A stretch of DNA of 35,482 nt from Sphaeroforma arctica JP610 (Eukaryota): contig NW_014039735.1 of NCBI RefSeq assembly GCF_001186125.1, positions 1-35,482 on the forward strand. The letters run 5' to 3'. The notes under the pieces are model-generated. The model did no database searches, was not told the origin of the DNA, and worked only from the letters and a program-made list of their open reading frames with translations. Of the stretch, positions 11,831-24,066 are shown one piece after another; the first letter of the stretch is position 1, and each line of letters begins with the position of its first letter. Made by a program: the position numbers and the translations under genes.

Positions 11831-11912
11831 TTGGCGCACAAGGACTCGAACCTTGGAGGTGGGACACCATATGATTTCTAATCATACCCTTTAACCGCTC
11901 AGGCATGCGCCC
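11831..11912 (-). tRNA. tRNA-Ser(AGA), type II with long variable arm, intronless, atypical acceptor end
   Basis: Minus strand: GGGCGCA TG CCTG AGCGGTTA AAGG G TATGA TTAGAAA TCATA TGGTGTCCCACCTC CAAGG TTCGAGT CCTTG TGCGCCA A. The D, anticodon, variable (GGTG/CACC) and T stems all pair, A and B boxes are recognisable, and a T5 run follows. Confidence 0.92.
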
Positions 11913-13490
11913 GTCGAAGACTGTTACTAATGATACAATTTATATATTGTTTATTTTTCTCAATTTTTTTAATCTTGTCCGATTTTAAAAAAACTGAACC
12001 GGGTTCAAATTACTGAAAAAATAGACGCTTTTTTCCAGGCACTACAGCCTGCAGGGGTGCAATGTGAAGTTCATACATATGTAATAATCCCCTTTTTTTA
12101 AATCCTTTTTCTTAACCTGATTTCACTTCCAGACAGGTCAGAAAGTATTGGAGGGATAAAAAAAAATGCGAGTCCGATAAATTTTGAAATTAATAAATAA
12201 ATGTGTGCCCGATAGTTTCTGGAACTGTGAAGCCAACCAGATCGTGTCAGAAATATAAATGCAGTGAACAGGTCTCAGGAGTCAGGAACCAGGACTCCAG
12301 GAGGCTTGACTTCACTGATCAGTCTCGTATCGGAAACTGGAAAGTATTGGAGGGATAATGAATGTCCGACATGTGTCTGAAATCAACCAGACCTGTCGGA
12401 ATCGATATCAGGGCTCGAAGAAAAAACCGACATCATGTCGACATATCAAAAACCGAAGCGTCAACCCGACAGCCGACTCAACCGTCAAGAGACTGATCAA
12501 GAGTCAAGAGTCAAGACTCAAGAGACCAAAACAAGGTCGGGGCCACTTGGGGGCGGGCCCCCGGGCTCCGAGACCCCAACAGGTTTCAGCTTTTTCCTTT
12601 AATTTGTATGAAAAAGTGAAAAGGGCATGTGATAGAAAGCTGAAAAATAAAATAAAATGCCTTGTACATAATCTGAATGACCACAATCAGCACAAAAATA
12701 GCCTGGGGAAAATGACTATATTCTAAACTCTGATCCAGTCATTTCGCTGCTGAGACTCGCCTCTCCTTGTTTCCGATTTGCTATTTGCTTACAAAACGTG
12801 ATAATTGCTCAGGGTAATTGTCAATTGACTACTATTAGTCTGAAAAATCCGATTATGTGCACCTAATAGCATCGAGATCAACACAATTAGCAGGAGAATC
12901 TTGACTTACGTTTGAACTAACAGTAAAAATACAGAACTCAGGTCTCAGGCTTTTTCTCTCATCTTGCGTGTGTGCGAAAACGTACTTTCTTTGGTGTTCA
13001 TTTATTTATCGAATTTGTGCACAATATTTATGAATCTCACAGACAGACGCGAGACGCAGCACAGACCCCATCGGGGTGTGATTCTGATTCTGCTGGAGAA
13101 TTTTTTAGCAATCCGGACGGCGGACGCTCTGGGACCGGTACATACGATTTATGAAAAAAGTAAAGCTTTTGTCATAGCCCTCTAAATTATTCACTTTTGT
13201 TTGTGTGTTTTTTTTTAAACGAAGAAAAAAAGAAAAGAGAGAAAGCCTCCTCAAGTTCTCGCTTCTCTCTTGTTGGTATTATGAGAGCATAGCTTTTTTT
13301 TAAAGTACTCTTGTACGGGTAGTACGGGTAGTACGGGTACGATAATCGAAGACCTGTGTTGTGTACTAAGCGTGTATATACATATGTGGGGATGTAGATG
13401 ACTTTCTAAAATACACCCTTTAGTATAAGTTATAGACCAAGTCGATATATACCAATCGAAAAACCCCGTTTACGATACCATTGCAACAGC

Positions 13491-14408
13491 ATGGTAGGGG
13501 ACGTAACCGGCAGCACAAGTAGTTTGAAGGTTGTAGGGGATTTGCACTTTGCAAGTGCGAATAAAAGCAATAACATACGCATAAATACAACACCCGCAAA
13601 TACGACGACGGTGTCCGCACAGAATAGTACAATGGAGACAGCCAGGCTTTCACCTCTGAACTTTGCGCATGTTGTGAGTGCGTTGCATACAGTAGACAAT
13701 GATAAGTTAAGTGACGAACAGAAGCAAAAACCGTCAGGCAGTACAAGTATAGGTGGTAACAATAAGACGATTGCTATAGCTAATGCGAAGAGTATCACAG
13801 TCGACGACAGCCCGGAAATTAATCAAAATGGTATGCCTAGTGCAATTACTTTCACATATTCGCATTCAAATGATGGAAACAATCGAGGCAGTATAAATAT
13901 AGAGGAAAGATTTAGCGGCGCAGATATAGTATATAATGAAGACTACCCTATAGATAGGAATGACGATGAGCTCAAGGACATTGTCTTATCAGATGACGGT
14001 ATGTCTTCATGTCGTGTGAAGGAGCATTGTTCAGTCTCAATCATTTGCAGGGGTTCCTTTGTACACACCATTCTGCACACATTTTGTTTTAGTGAACGCA
14101 CTTCCAGTAAATGTATATGTATATTGCACTGGGGGTCTCATAGACTTTGTGTGATCGACTCGTCAAAATCTTCAGCGTCGATTCTGACATCGGGAATGCT
14201 TTGCGTATATAGTCTGTTCGCAACCCCTGCTCGTTGGTCTGACCTACAACTGAAATTTTTATAGGTAAAATTAAAATGACCATTCGTACGGCACGAATCG
14301 ATTGAAAGCAATTATATGAACTTACACACACTCACATGCACATACACAATCACGCTGGCACTGACACTAACACTAGCACTAACACGCACACTAGCAAACA
14401 CACACACT

Positions 14409-14450
<42 letters not shown>

Positions 14451-14740
14451 ATATAATTATATATATATATATATATATATATTTATACCCTCACTCCCTC
14501 TCTCTCACACACACACTTATATATAAATACATATATATATATTTTAGGATATATATATATTTTAGTATATATATATATATGTACATATATATGGACATAT
14601 ACATACACACACTCACACATAAATATATTTGTATAAATATATATCCATATCTATATATATATATATAGAGTATATATATATATTTACTATTTATATATAT
14701 ATCTATCTATATATACATACATATATATATATGCTATTCT

Positions 14741-14782
<42 letters not shown>

Positions 14783-17700
14783 ATATGTATGGATTTGTAT
14801 AAACGGTCGAGTATATTTATACGTATATGACATATATGGGGGTATTACTCACATCAGCCATCCGGCCACGCTACAGAACTCGACAGACATGCAGCCGGCC
14901 TTGTCACTAAGTCCTCCATAGACCCACCTATGACCACTGGTTCGAGTGCAATACCCATTAGCAGTGGCAGCAGTAACGGGAGTCACGGACCCCGTGGACA
15001 ACAACTCAGATCGAGTGGAATGTACAGAAGTCAAGATAGATTGCTCGAAAGCCAGGCGCACGGATCAAAGCAGGGGTCCCAAACCAGGTATGCAATTGCA
15101 ATTCGAACTTACGGAAAGTGTCTGTACAGGTATGTATATATATGCTCACGTGGATCTGCGCTGTTGTGTAGGAGCCAAGATGATTAGTTCAGTAGTTGGG
15201 CGTATGAATCGGTTCAGAGGTCTCACACCAAGCGTGTGGAGTGTTCTAGCAGACCACATTAATATTCATATTCACATGAATGGTTCATGTCTTGAAAATA
15301 CGTACAAAATAGATTGCCAGAGAGTCGAGCTCGTATATCATCTCATCTGTGTTACTGTCTATGCTATGCGTTGACAGACTGTGATTGTGTTACTCTATAT
15401 TAAACCGATACTAGCGCCAAGCGGGCCCGATATATATGTTTGTGTGTGTTTTAGATTGTTCGAGTATATGTTTCAATCGAAGCTTTTCATGAAAACTATG
15501 ATGTCTGCATGCTGGCTTTCACTTTTGTTTTGGCTTCGTTCGTGACAACAGTTTTGGCTCCAGTCCTTATCTTTCGTTCTTTAAATTGTACGTATCGTAT
15601 CAAGTATGGCCGTTACTAGCACGGCTTTTATTAATGTACTATTCACGAATTATATGTAGCACCCTTGTTGATGCCAGACTGTTCCTGACACTCATCATCC
15701 TGGAATTCAAAGCCTCGCCCACTTCTTGTGTAGCGCTGAGGACCCACTTCGAAGAGCTCATATATTAATTATGAATGTGCGTCATACGTATCTGCGCGTA
15801 TATAAGATGCCATCATCGAGATATGTGTAGCTACGTGTGCTGACTGATTTTACGTTTCACACTGCAGTTCTCGATATCCTTGGAATTCATGCTGCTTATC
15901 TTCTGTTCCCACCAGAGACATACCCTCGATCTTCATATTCCTATATTTATACTCTGGCCTTCCCCCAAAGTCTATTTAAACCACAGTTTACCATCTTTCC
16001 ACATACTGGTATTAATGTTTATCCTAACCACCTTTTATCTAGGCCTTCGTCGAGACCGCCCTCATGTCCCCCACTAAGGAAGAGTAACGGCTCGACCCCA
16101 TTGGAGGAGGAAGCACAGAGAGCCAAGACACCACAGCCGCAGACAAACACGATAAAGAAAAATAAGAAACTGCAGGATGCTGTGATTGTGGATTCGCGCA
16201 TACAACAAGGTGTTTGGGGCCAGACATGTGTAGTCTATATATACTGTGAAAGTTGGTCGGCTTTCGCATTTGACTTGTGTCGGAATTTGTGTATATGTAA
16301 AGGTATATCATTGATGTGATGTGTATACTGAATTCCTACGTTTCGCGGTGTAGTAGTCTTATTATTAGTTTGTATGTTCGGGTGTAGAACAAAAATCTAT
16401 TGTCATATTGTGTTTGTCCGTGCGTATGTCATTGGCAGCGTTTCTGTGCCGTAAATGACGTGTGCTTTACTCACGAGACCATTGTTTCCATCGTTTGATA
16501 GGTTTCTGCATACACATAGGTCTACATAGATGTATCCGAGTTGGGAATTCGGTTCGCTGTGACCAATTGTGCTGCATATGAATTCAGTTTTCAGTTTTTA
16601 CAATTGGTTGTCCTACCGTCTGGCAGCCAGACAAAGAATTAACAACAAAACATACACACGAAAACGGTCCTGTGCATAGACCAATTATATTGACCTCTTT
16701 TGTCATTGTTATACTGACTACCCCCCCCCCCCCCCACACACCTTTTTTTTTTGCCTGTGTGATTGCAGGGAGAAAACGGTATACTGTATACAAAATTGTT
16801 GTGTCAGTGGAAAACCAATTGTTTGCCATCTACCGACGCTATTCGGACTTCCGAAGTTTACATGATAAACTGGGGAAACGTTTTCCGAATACACTTCTGC
16901 CAAACTTGCCCGCCAAAAGATACATATTTGATAACTTCGACCCCGTGTTCATCAATACGAGGCGGAAAGGGCTACAGAAGTACCTGAAGGTTTGTGATTC
17001 GAATATGTATATTGGTAGCTATGCAATCAGTGTATGCTATTCTAAGTTGACCATGGGTTTTTTTCGTATTGTGGTTCACACATGGTGTAAATTCTGGCCA
17101 TAATGGAAGCGCCAAGCGTAGTGTCATTCGGATTGGTGTCAGTGACAGTGCTTAACTGGAGAAGTTGCCAGTAGCGCATATTAGTGCCTCGGCGCTTGGT
17201 GTTTCACTCGCTTGTCTGCTTGAGTGTCTGTTGGACCATTTGTGCTGCTGATCTATACTGTGTTGTAGCGTTTATCGCTAGCCTGTCTGCTTGAGTGTCT
17301 GTTGGACCATTTGTACTGCTGGTCTATACTGTGTTGTAGCGTTTATCGCTCACCTGTCTGCTTGAGTGTCTGTTGGACCATTTGTACTGCTGGTATATAC
17401 TGTGTTGTAGCGTTTATCGCTCGCCTGTCTGATTGAGTATCTATTGAACTATGTATACTGCTGGCGTATAGGTGGAGATTGTGTTCAGGGCCAGTTTGCA
17501 TCGACGTCAGTGTTTGTGTGCTGGTAGTATTTCGATTATTATATGTGTAGACACGGGATGTAGCACACTGATGCATCTGCTTAACGCTAATGTGCTCAAT
17601 GTCTTTTGCTTTTCCATGGGTGTTCTCGCCCGTCGAAACGGTTGAGAGGCAGAGTGGCTGGCGTAGAGTTTTTTTTCGCATACACATACACACGGATAAG

Positions 17701-20587
17701 TGTCATCGCTCACCAGTCACTCGCCATTACCGTTTCCTCTTTTCAAACATCTCATTTTTTTTTTGCATCTAAACCCCCTGTTGATGGACTCTTATAGTCA
17801 GTTTTAAATGATAAGAAGCTTGCGCACTCCCACGCTGTGTTTGGATTCCTTCTAGACGATAGCCGGCGTTCGCGCGATCACGACGACGAGGTGAAACAGG
17901 CACGTACACAATTTTTTTCCTGTAGTATCTGTTTGTATTGTCTGATATATTTGTTGTATGTCATCTGCTGCTAGGCTTTATCGAGTGATATACAGTCGAT
18001 TATGGTGTATAGCCCTCAGGGCCTATGTAATATGTTCAGCGCGTGGTGCGCTTGTCTTAATGGGTTCTTTTCCGTACTGCGACTGGATAGTTCTACCCCA
18101 CTGTGCATTCCGTGGTGTTTGCCGTCTATTTTAATGAGATGGCCATATTTCATGCGGAACCAGTACTGACGCGTGTACGCACAAGTACGTGGTGTATCTC
18201 GTGCGCAACAGAAATCGCCTGCGCTTGACTGTCCAGAATGAAGGTAGCAGTATCAGGGATGGGTATCCCAGACCCTAATCCAACCAGACCAGAATTGTAT
18301 TTGGCACTCAACTGGTTCTGCTAAAAACCCCAAAACCCTGAATCATATACACTAGGGGTTGTTCGAGTAGACTTAAGGGTTTGCAGTGGGAGTAGCCGCG
18401 ATATCAAGAAAGTGATTAAAAATGATCGTCCAGGCTACGGAAGTTCACAAAAACTATGAACGCGAGCTCTATATAGACATTTTGCGGTCAGGATGCAAAT
18501 TCGCAATGGATCATGAAATGATTGTGGTGGTCGGGCGTTTTCTCAATTTATTGTTCTAGACATTAATCTGACCTGTCTCATCCTCATGATAGGAGGACTA
18601 CAGTCTTCTGTTGGCCCGCCAAGAAGAGAAGGAAATTGAGGTGGAGGATGAATTCGCACTGTCCAATGTGGAATTGGGTGGCTTAGAGAATCCCTCTGTG
18701 TGCATCGATGATTTCGATCTTTTAAAGGTGTGTGTACACGCTGTTGGCATCTAACGTATTCCCATTGGGCCTGTGGAAGTACCGAGCACAGAGCTTAGGA
18801 TAATTCCGTGCCAATGTAGATTTGATAGGAATGTGGAGTGGAAAAAAGGTACCGGAGCGGTTATTGTATTCTTTGATACGTATCTTTGTATGCGTAGTAA
18901 TGTCTGGCTTCATTGGTTGACGATATTCCGATGTGTAGGTAGACATGCTTCGACATCTTTTATCGATTTTTTATTTTTGGATCAAAGACCCAAATTCTCA
19001 TTTATTTTTTGCAGGTAATCGGAAAAGGTAGTTTTGGGCGCGTTCTGCTGGCGAGACAAAAGGCGTCGCGACTGGTGTACGCAATTAAAGTATTAGATAA
19101 GCGACAGGTTCAAAAGAAGTCAAATAGAAAGAACCAAATAAGGTGAGCTCTATGGGCGTGGTTCGGATCTCTGCTGGCGCATATCCATACTAATACACAA
19201 TTCCCCACTAGTATGTGCACTTCACTTATTGTTTTCATACACGACTGTTCCACGTGTATGTATGGACTTTGCATACACTATAAAATTTCTAGCGTAACCT
19301 ACACATAATTTAAGACTTTGGTAAAATTGCTATCAACGAGTATTCGCCCTGTCTTACACCCCTTTTTCTCGTAATACAGAAATGTAATGACGGAGCGTAA
19401 CGTGCTGCTGAAGAATTTGCACCACCCCTTTCTAGTGGGTCTGCACTACTGCTTCCAGTCCCCGCGCAAGCTGTACTTTGTATTGGACTATATCAATGGC
19501 GGAGAACTTTTCTTTCACCTTCAGGTAAACTTAGCCCATCGTGTACCATGGATCGCCAGTCTAGTTTTCACGTGAAACGCCTGTATTCTATTTTTCCACA
19601 TCTTTTCACATCGCAGTTTATCACAGGAAATGATGTATCTAACTGCGTGACTAGGTATTAGAATTTGTCTATGACTGAGAACTCGTTTTTCACCTCCAGG
19701 TGAACTTAGCCTTGTCTGTCACCCTCGAGTTTAGTGATCTTGTTTTTCACAGTTTTGCACATTATTTACACACAAGATCTTGTGTTTATTTGTGTACTTG
19801 GGTGTTATATGACCGCCACCGATACTTAAGCTTATCTGATAGAGGCTGTGAGAGTAGCGTGGTCATTTTATCAATTGTGCATTTAGCAGATCCACAGAAA
19901 AAGCTTTTAATGTTTGTGTAACTATACTGTCGCTGCGTTCTCGCATGAAATTTAGTTAGATAAATATATGTATGTTGATCTAGATTCATCATGAAGTTTA
20001 ATTAAATAATTACATGTATATTGATCTAGATTCATCATGAAATTTCATTAGTTAGTTATATGTGTGTTGATCTAGATTCATCTTGAAATTAATTAGATAT
20101 ATGCATGTTGATTTGGATTCATGAAATGTCATTAGACATTTATGTTTGTTGATCTAGATTCATACTGTTTAACTATCGATTAGAATCCTAACCCTAATTT
20201 ATCGCGCTGTTATGTGTTTCGTCACAGAGAGAGCAAAGCTTCCCGGAGACGCGGGTGCGCTTCTACACGGCCGAAATCGTCTCGGCCATGGACTTTATGC
20301 ACAAGAACGGCGTGCTGTACCGCGATTTAAAGCCAGAGAACATACTGCTGTGCAGCGATGGTCACGTGGCCCTCACAGACTTTGGACTGTGCAAAGAGAA
20401 TATAGACGAGGCAGCTCGGACCGAGACGTTTTGTGGCACACCCGACTACCTCGCCCCGGAGGTACTGTTGAAGCAGCCCTACGGACACGCCGTGGATTGG
20501 TGGAGTTTGGGTAGGTTGATTAGTCAAATGTGATATGCTATGCTTTAATATATATGTTTGTTTGTATGTATGTATGTATGTATTGTA

Positions 20588-20626
<39 letters not shown>

Positions 20627-23243
20627 GGAGTCAGAGGCACTGTTGATTCCGCCTTACGGACACACCACCGTAGCTTGGTAGGGTTGCGTTCTGTTTGGGG
20701 TCTTCACGAACTTGTGTATGCTTGCGCTTGTGTGTTGTGGTGGTATTTCTGTGGGGTTGTATTGGGGTTGTAGAGTGGAGGTACTGTTTAAGTAGCCCTA
20801 CGGACACGCCGTGGATTGGTAGAGCTTGGTTAGGTTTTGTGTTTGTCACGTACTTCAAGGTGCTTTATACGCTTGTGTTGTGGGGCCATATCTGTTTTAT
20901 CTTCTGTGTGGTTGTACTGGGGTTGCAGAGTTGCCGTGGATTGATAGTGTTTGGGATTGGAGTTGATGTTTATGAGACAGTTAAGATTGGGCAACGGTGC
21001 TACTTCTCGTAGTCGCACACCTTTGTGCTTCCGACACCTGCACATCCCCACATTCCTACGTTACATGGGCAATTGCATTGGACAATGAAATAGTCAAGAA
21101 GTGGTTGTGGTAAAATTGATCTGATTTAGTCCAATCGAAACGAATTTTAAATTTGGTCACGCTCTATTCCAAATTTTAGGTGTTGTTGTATACGAAATGC
21201 TAGTAGGCCTGCCGCCATTCTACTCCAAAAATTACAAGGTATGGTCTCGATAAAGAAAACAGTTCGGCTGCCTATATAATTCGAAATAGTTTTCTCTCAT
21301 CTTTTTCTATTGAATTGTGTCAAATGTGATATTAGTTATTTCTTATAGTTCGTCGAAGGACGTCTATCGCAAACGGGATGATATTCATTTTTGTATACGA
21401 CAACTATAGCTGCGATTGACGGCTGTTATGTACCTGTGGATTTCGTTAACGAGGGCATAGCTCATCAATCTGTAATTATATATACATATATATATATTTA
21501 TATATTTATATATATATATTTATATATATATATATATTTGTATTTATATATATATATAATTATGTGTGCGTGTGAATGAGTGAGTGTGTATATGTGTACA
21601 TGAACTCGCACATCAACACGATTAAATACAAATTTAGCTTGGCAACACAACTGCAGGGTATTGTTAGTAGAAATCTGTGTCTGTTTCGTACGTTGTGTTT
21701 GCCACTCTTTACAATACGGTATCGCATTCGTATACCGGACGAATACTCGCTCTCTCGTTCAAACGAACCATATATTCGCCCCTGGCACTGTAATCGCAGA
21801 CGCTATACGACAAAATCCTGAAGTCCGATCCCAGAATCCCGAATTACGTTTCGGCCGATGCCAAAGACTTCCTGACAAAGGTGAGACCTTAATAACAGGT
21901 TCATGTGTGTTTTAGTCGTATTGTCGTCTACAATGTTCGCTCGAATGTGTGTTGTGTGGTTTGTTATCGTCACATTACTTGCGGGAACACAGCGCAGGTT
22001 TACCCAACGTTAGGCACATAATTATCTTTGCGAAGGTATACACCGTAAGAGGATATAGTATTCTCTGCCCGATGTATACACATGTACGTAGCCATGTACT
22101 AGTTTCTCATTATTCTGGTTGTCGATACCGACATTGCGTGGTCTGAGTCTACTGCTGGAATTCGAAGTGTGATTGGGTATTAGGTAAAGAGGTTTAGATT
22201 CGATTCTCACCAATTCAAGAGCATAGTGGGGAATCAGGATCAGAGGTACAATCTGCTTCCCAAAAACTCTTTACTATTCTAACGCCATACGCCCCTCTAA
22301 TTTGTAGCTACTCATCAGAGACCCTCTGCAACGATTGGGCAGTGGGCCTACGCTCGCTGAAGAGGTAAAGAATCACGCGTTCTTGAAGGATACGGACTGG
22401 GATAAGCTTGTCCGTAAGGAGTATGAGCCGCCTTATAACCTGCATGTGGTATGTTCCATCGGGTGAGAATGTATGGGAACATAGGTGTTGACATTCTCGG
22501 TTGTACACCGCTGGCACTAATTAAATGCTTCGTACTATTTGCACGATGTCGCGGTGTATATTGTTCTTTCCATTTGAGATGTCGGAAGATCAGGTCGTTT
22601 CTATACATTTGCACTTAGTACGAGTGAACCATATCTACAGTAGTATCGAATCAGGTTGGTACTTTTCGGGCTTGGGAAATCGATATACCCTGTTCGTTAT
22701 ATGCCTCCCTATGTAAATATATGCGCGATTATTTAGTACACATACAATCAGATAGAGCGCAGAGTAGCATCACTACACTAGCCTTACGATATAGATCTGT
22801 CGACTCGTCACGCGCAGTAATTGTGATTGTCATGTTGCACTCTTCGCTGTTTAGCTGCAAGTATATTAGTGCGTGTTCGTGGAAAAAGAGCTTTATTGTA
22901 TGTGTGAGAATGGAGCTTCTAAAATTGTATTTCCAAACAATCAAGCCCTACTCCAAATTGTTTGTGACAAGTGTGTGCTTCTATATCCCCGGAATTCCAA
23001 CTTAGGATGTGTAATTATTGCCTGTAATTCCGTAAGACTGCAACTCATGTTGTTAAATTCGCGCTTGTATACTTACAGGACGGGGCTCTTGATCTGAGCA
23101 ATTTCGATCCAGACTTTGTGCAAGAGCCATTACCGACGCCCGACGATCGCCGCAGTATGGAGATAAAGATGGACGATACATTCGCGGGATTTAGCTACAC
23201 ACGCCCATCTGAACTTGACAGAGGGGCAGACATAATTAGGTAG
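13491..23243 (+). CDS. SGK3: PX-domain AGC serine/threonine kinase, SGK3/CISK-like (13 exons, 778 aa)
   Basis: Exons 13491-13998, 14877-15087, 16043-16209, 16769-16989, 17798-17890, 18593-18727, 19015-19142, 19380-19524, 20228-20510, 21180-21238, 21800-21880, 22308-22448, 23079-23243; all GT-AG and phase-consistent, 2337 nt in total. PX motifs: YTVYKI...[13 protein letters not shown]...LPAKR...RRKGLQKYL. Kinase motifs: [76 protein letters not shown] and hydrophobic motif FAGFSY. The first two exons are less certain than the rest. Confidence 0.93.
14390..14790. repeat. (CA)n/(TA)n microsatellite tract in SGK3-like intron 1
   Basis: Directly visible. Confidence 0.95.
17207..17470. repeat. Intronic 71-bp tandem repeat, about 3.7 copies
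   Basis: ttggaccatttgt.ctgctg.t.tatactgtgttgtagcgtttatcgct starts at 17231, 17302 and 17373, with a degenerate fourth copy at about 17444. Confidence 0.95.
19945..20165. repeat. Intronic AT-rich tandem repeat, 41-46 bp, about 5 copies
   Basis: Core ttgatctagattcat recurs at about 19975, 20021, 20067, 20108 (variant) and 20149. Confidence 0.9.
20777..20836 (+). repeat. Dead copy of the 3' end of SGK3-like exon 9 plus donor (source 20458-20517)
   Basis: 55/60 nt identical without gaps; the copy has two new TAG stops and has lost the GT donor. Confidence 0.92.
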
Positions 23244-23996
23244 TCCATGGATAGTAAATATATTGCCAAGGTGGAGGTGAGAATGTACCGGATGTTTGCG
23301 ACGTGTACTTATAATCACTCTTCCCATCTTGGCATCGCACCGGATACATTTAGGTATATATATAGTATTCGTATCATAGCTCTACTAATTGTAGTCTATA
23401 TAGTATTTAGCACACTCTACTTTCGTAAAATAAGTAGTTTACACGCTCTTCAGTACTTGGCAACTTGGGCGGACACACCTCTAGGCAATTCCTAGAAAGC
23501 ATCTGTAACATGAAACACTTGTGCACTAGTGGCGATAACGAGGAATCGAGGAATCCAATAGCGACCTACCCTCATTGGGCTGGTGCATACTGAGCTGACA
23601 ACATCAAACCCTGAAACCCTAATACTAGATGGAATGGGGAGGGTATATGCGGGCTCAACGCACGACACACAATACACGTACAAACAGAAAAACCCCGGCA
23701 TCCCCATGTTTAAGGTGGCCGGCGCACGCTAAAGGCAAGGGGTCCCAGTGCTTGGTTATCACACAATAGCCAATTTATTAAAGCCGCTTCAAATTAATTG
23801 AGCATTTTTTAAGTAGGAGCTTATCTGTGATCAGCGGAAGAAAATATTTGATTTGATTGAAATTTTGCTATAAATACAATGTCATCCTATGTGCTCGGCT
23901 TGAATTGTAAAATCAATCCGTGTATGTATTGCACCAGCAACACTCGCGTACACAGTGAAGTGTACATATATATATATATATATAAATTTATATATA

Positions 23997-24042
<46 letters not shown>

Positions 24043-24066
24043 ATATGTGTGTGTGTGTGTATAATT

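Noticed and set aside
10828..11841. Long ORFs of 250-350 aa here and at 23955-25050 and 32582-33558
   Set aside because: They are artefacts of N gaps translated as X.
11831..11850. TGGCGC... as a retrotransposon primer-binding site
   Set aside because: It is the antisense of a full-length tRNA gene with its own terminator, and no LTR end precedes it.
11831..11912. Suppressor or selenocysteine tRNA
   Set aside because: The 7-nt loop TTAGAAA centres on AGA (Ser), and the stems follow the standard 7/5 geometry.
14946..15374. 142-aa ORF as a coding region
   Set aside because: It is an alternative frame over SGK3-like exon 2; splice phases support the 14930 frame.
17207..17470. CRISPR-like 71-bp periodicity
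   Set aside because: The whole unit is repeated, so there is no repeat-spacer structure.
18272..18345. Telomere-like CCCTAA/AACCCT motifs here and near 20187 and 23607
   Set aside because: At most two imperfect units each, which is compatible with chance.
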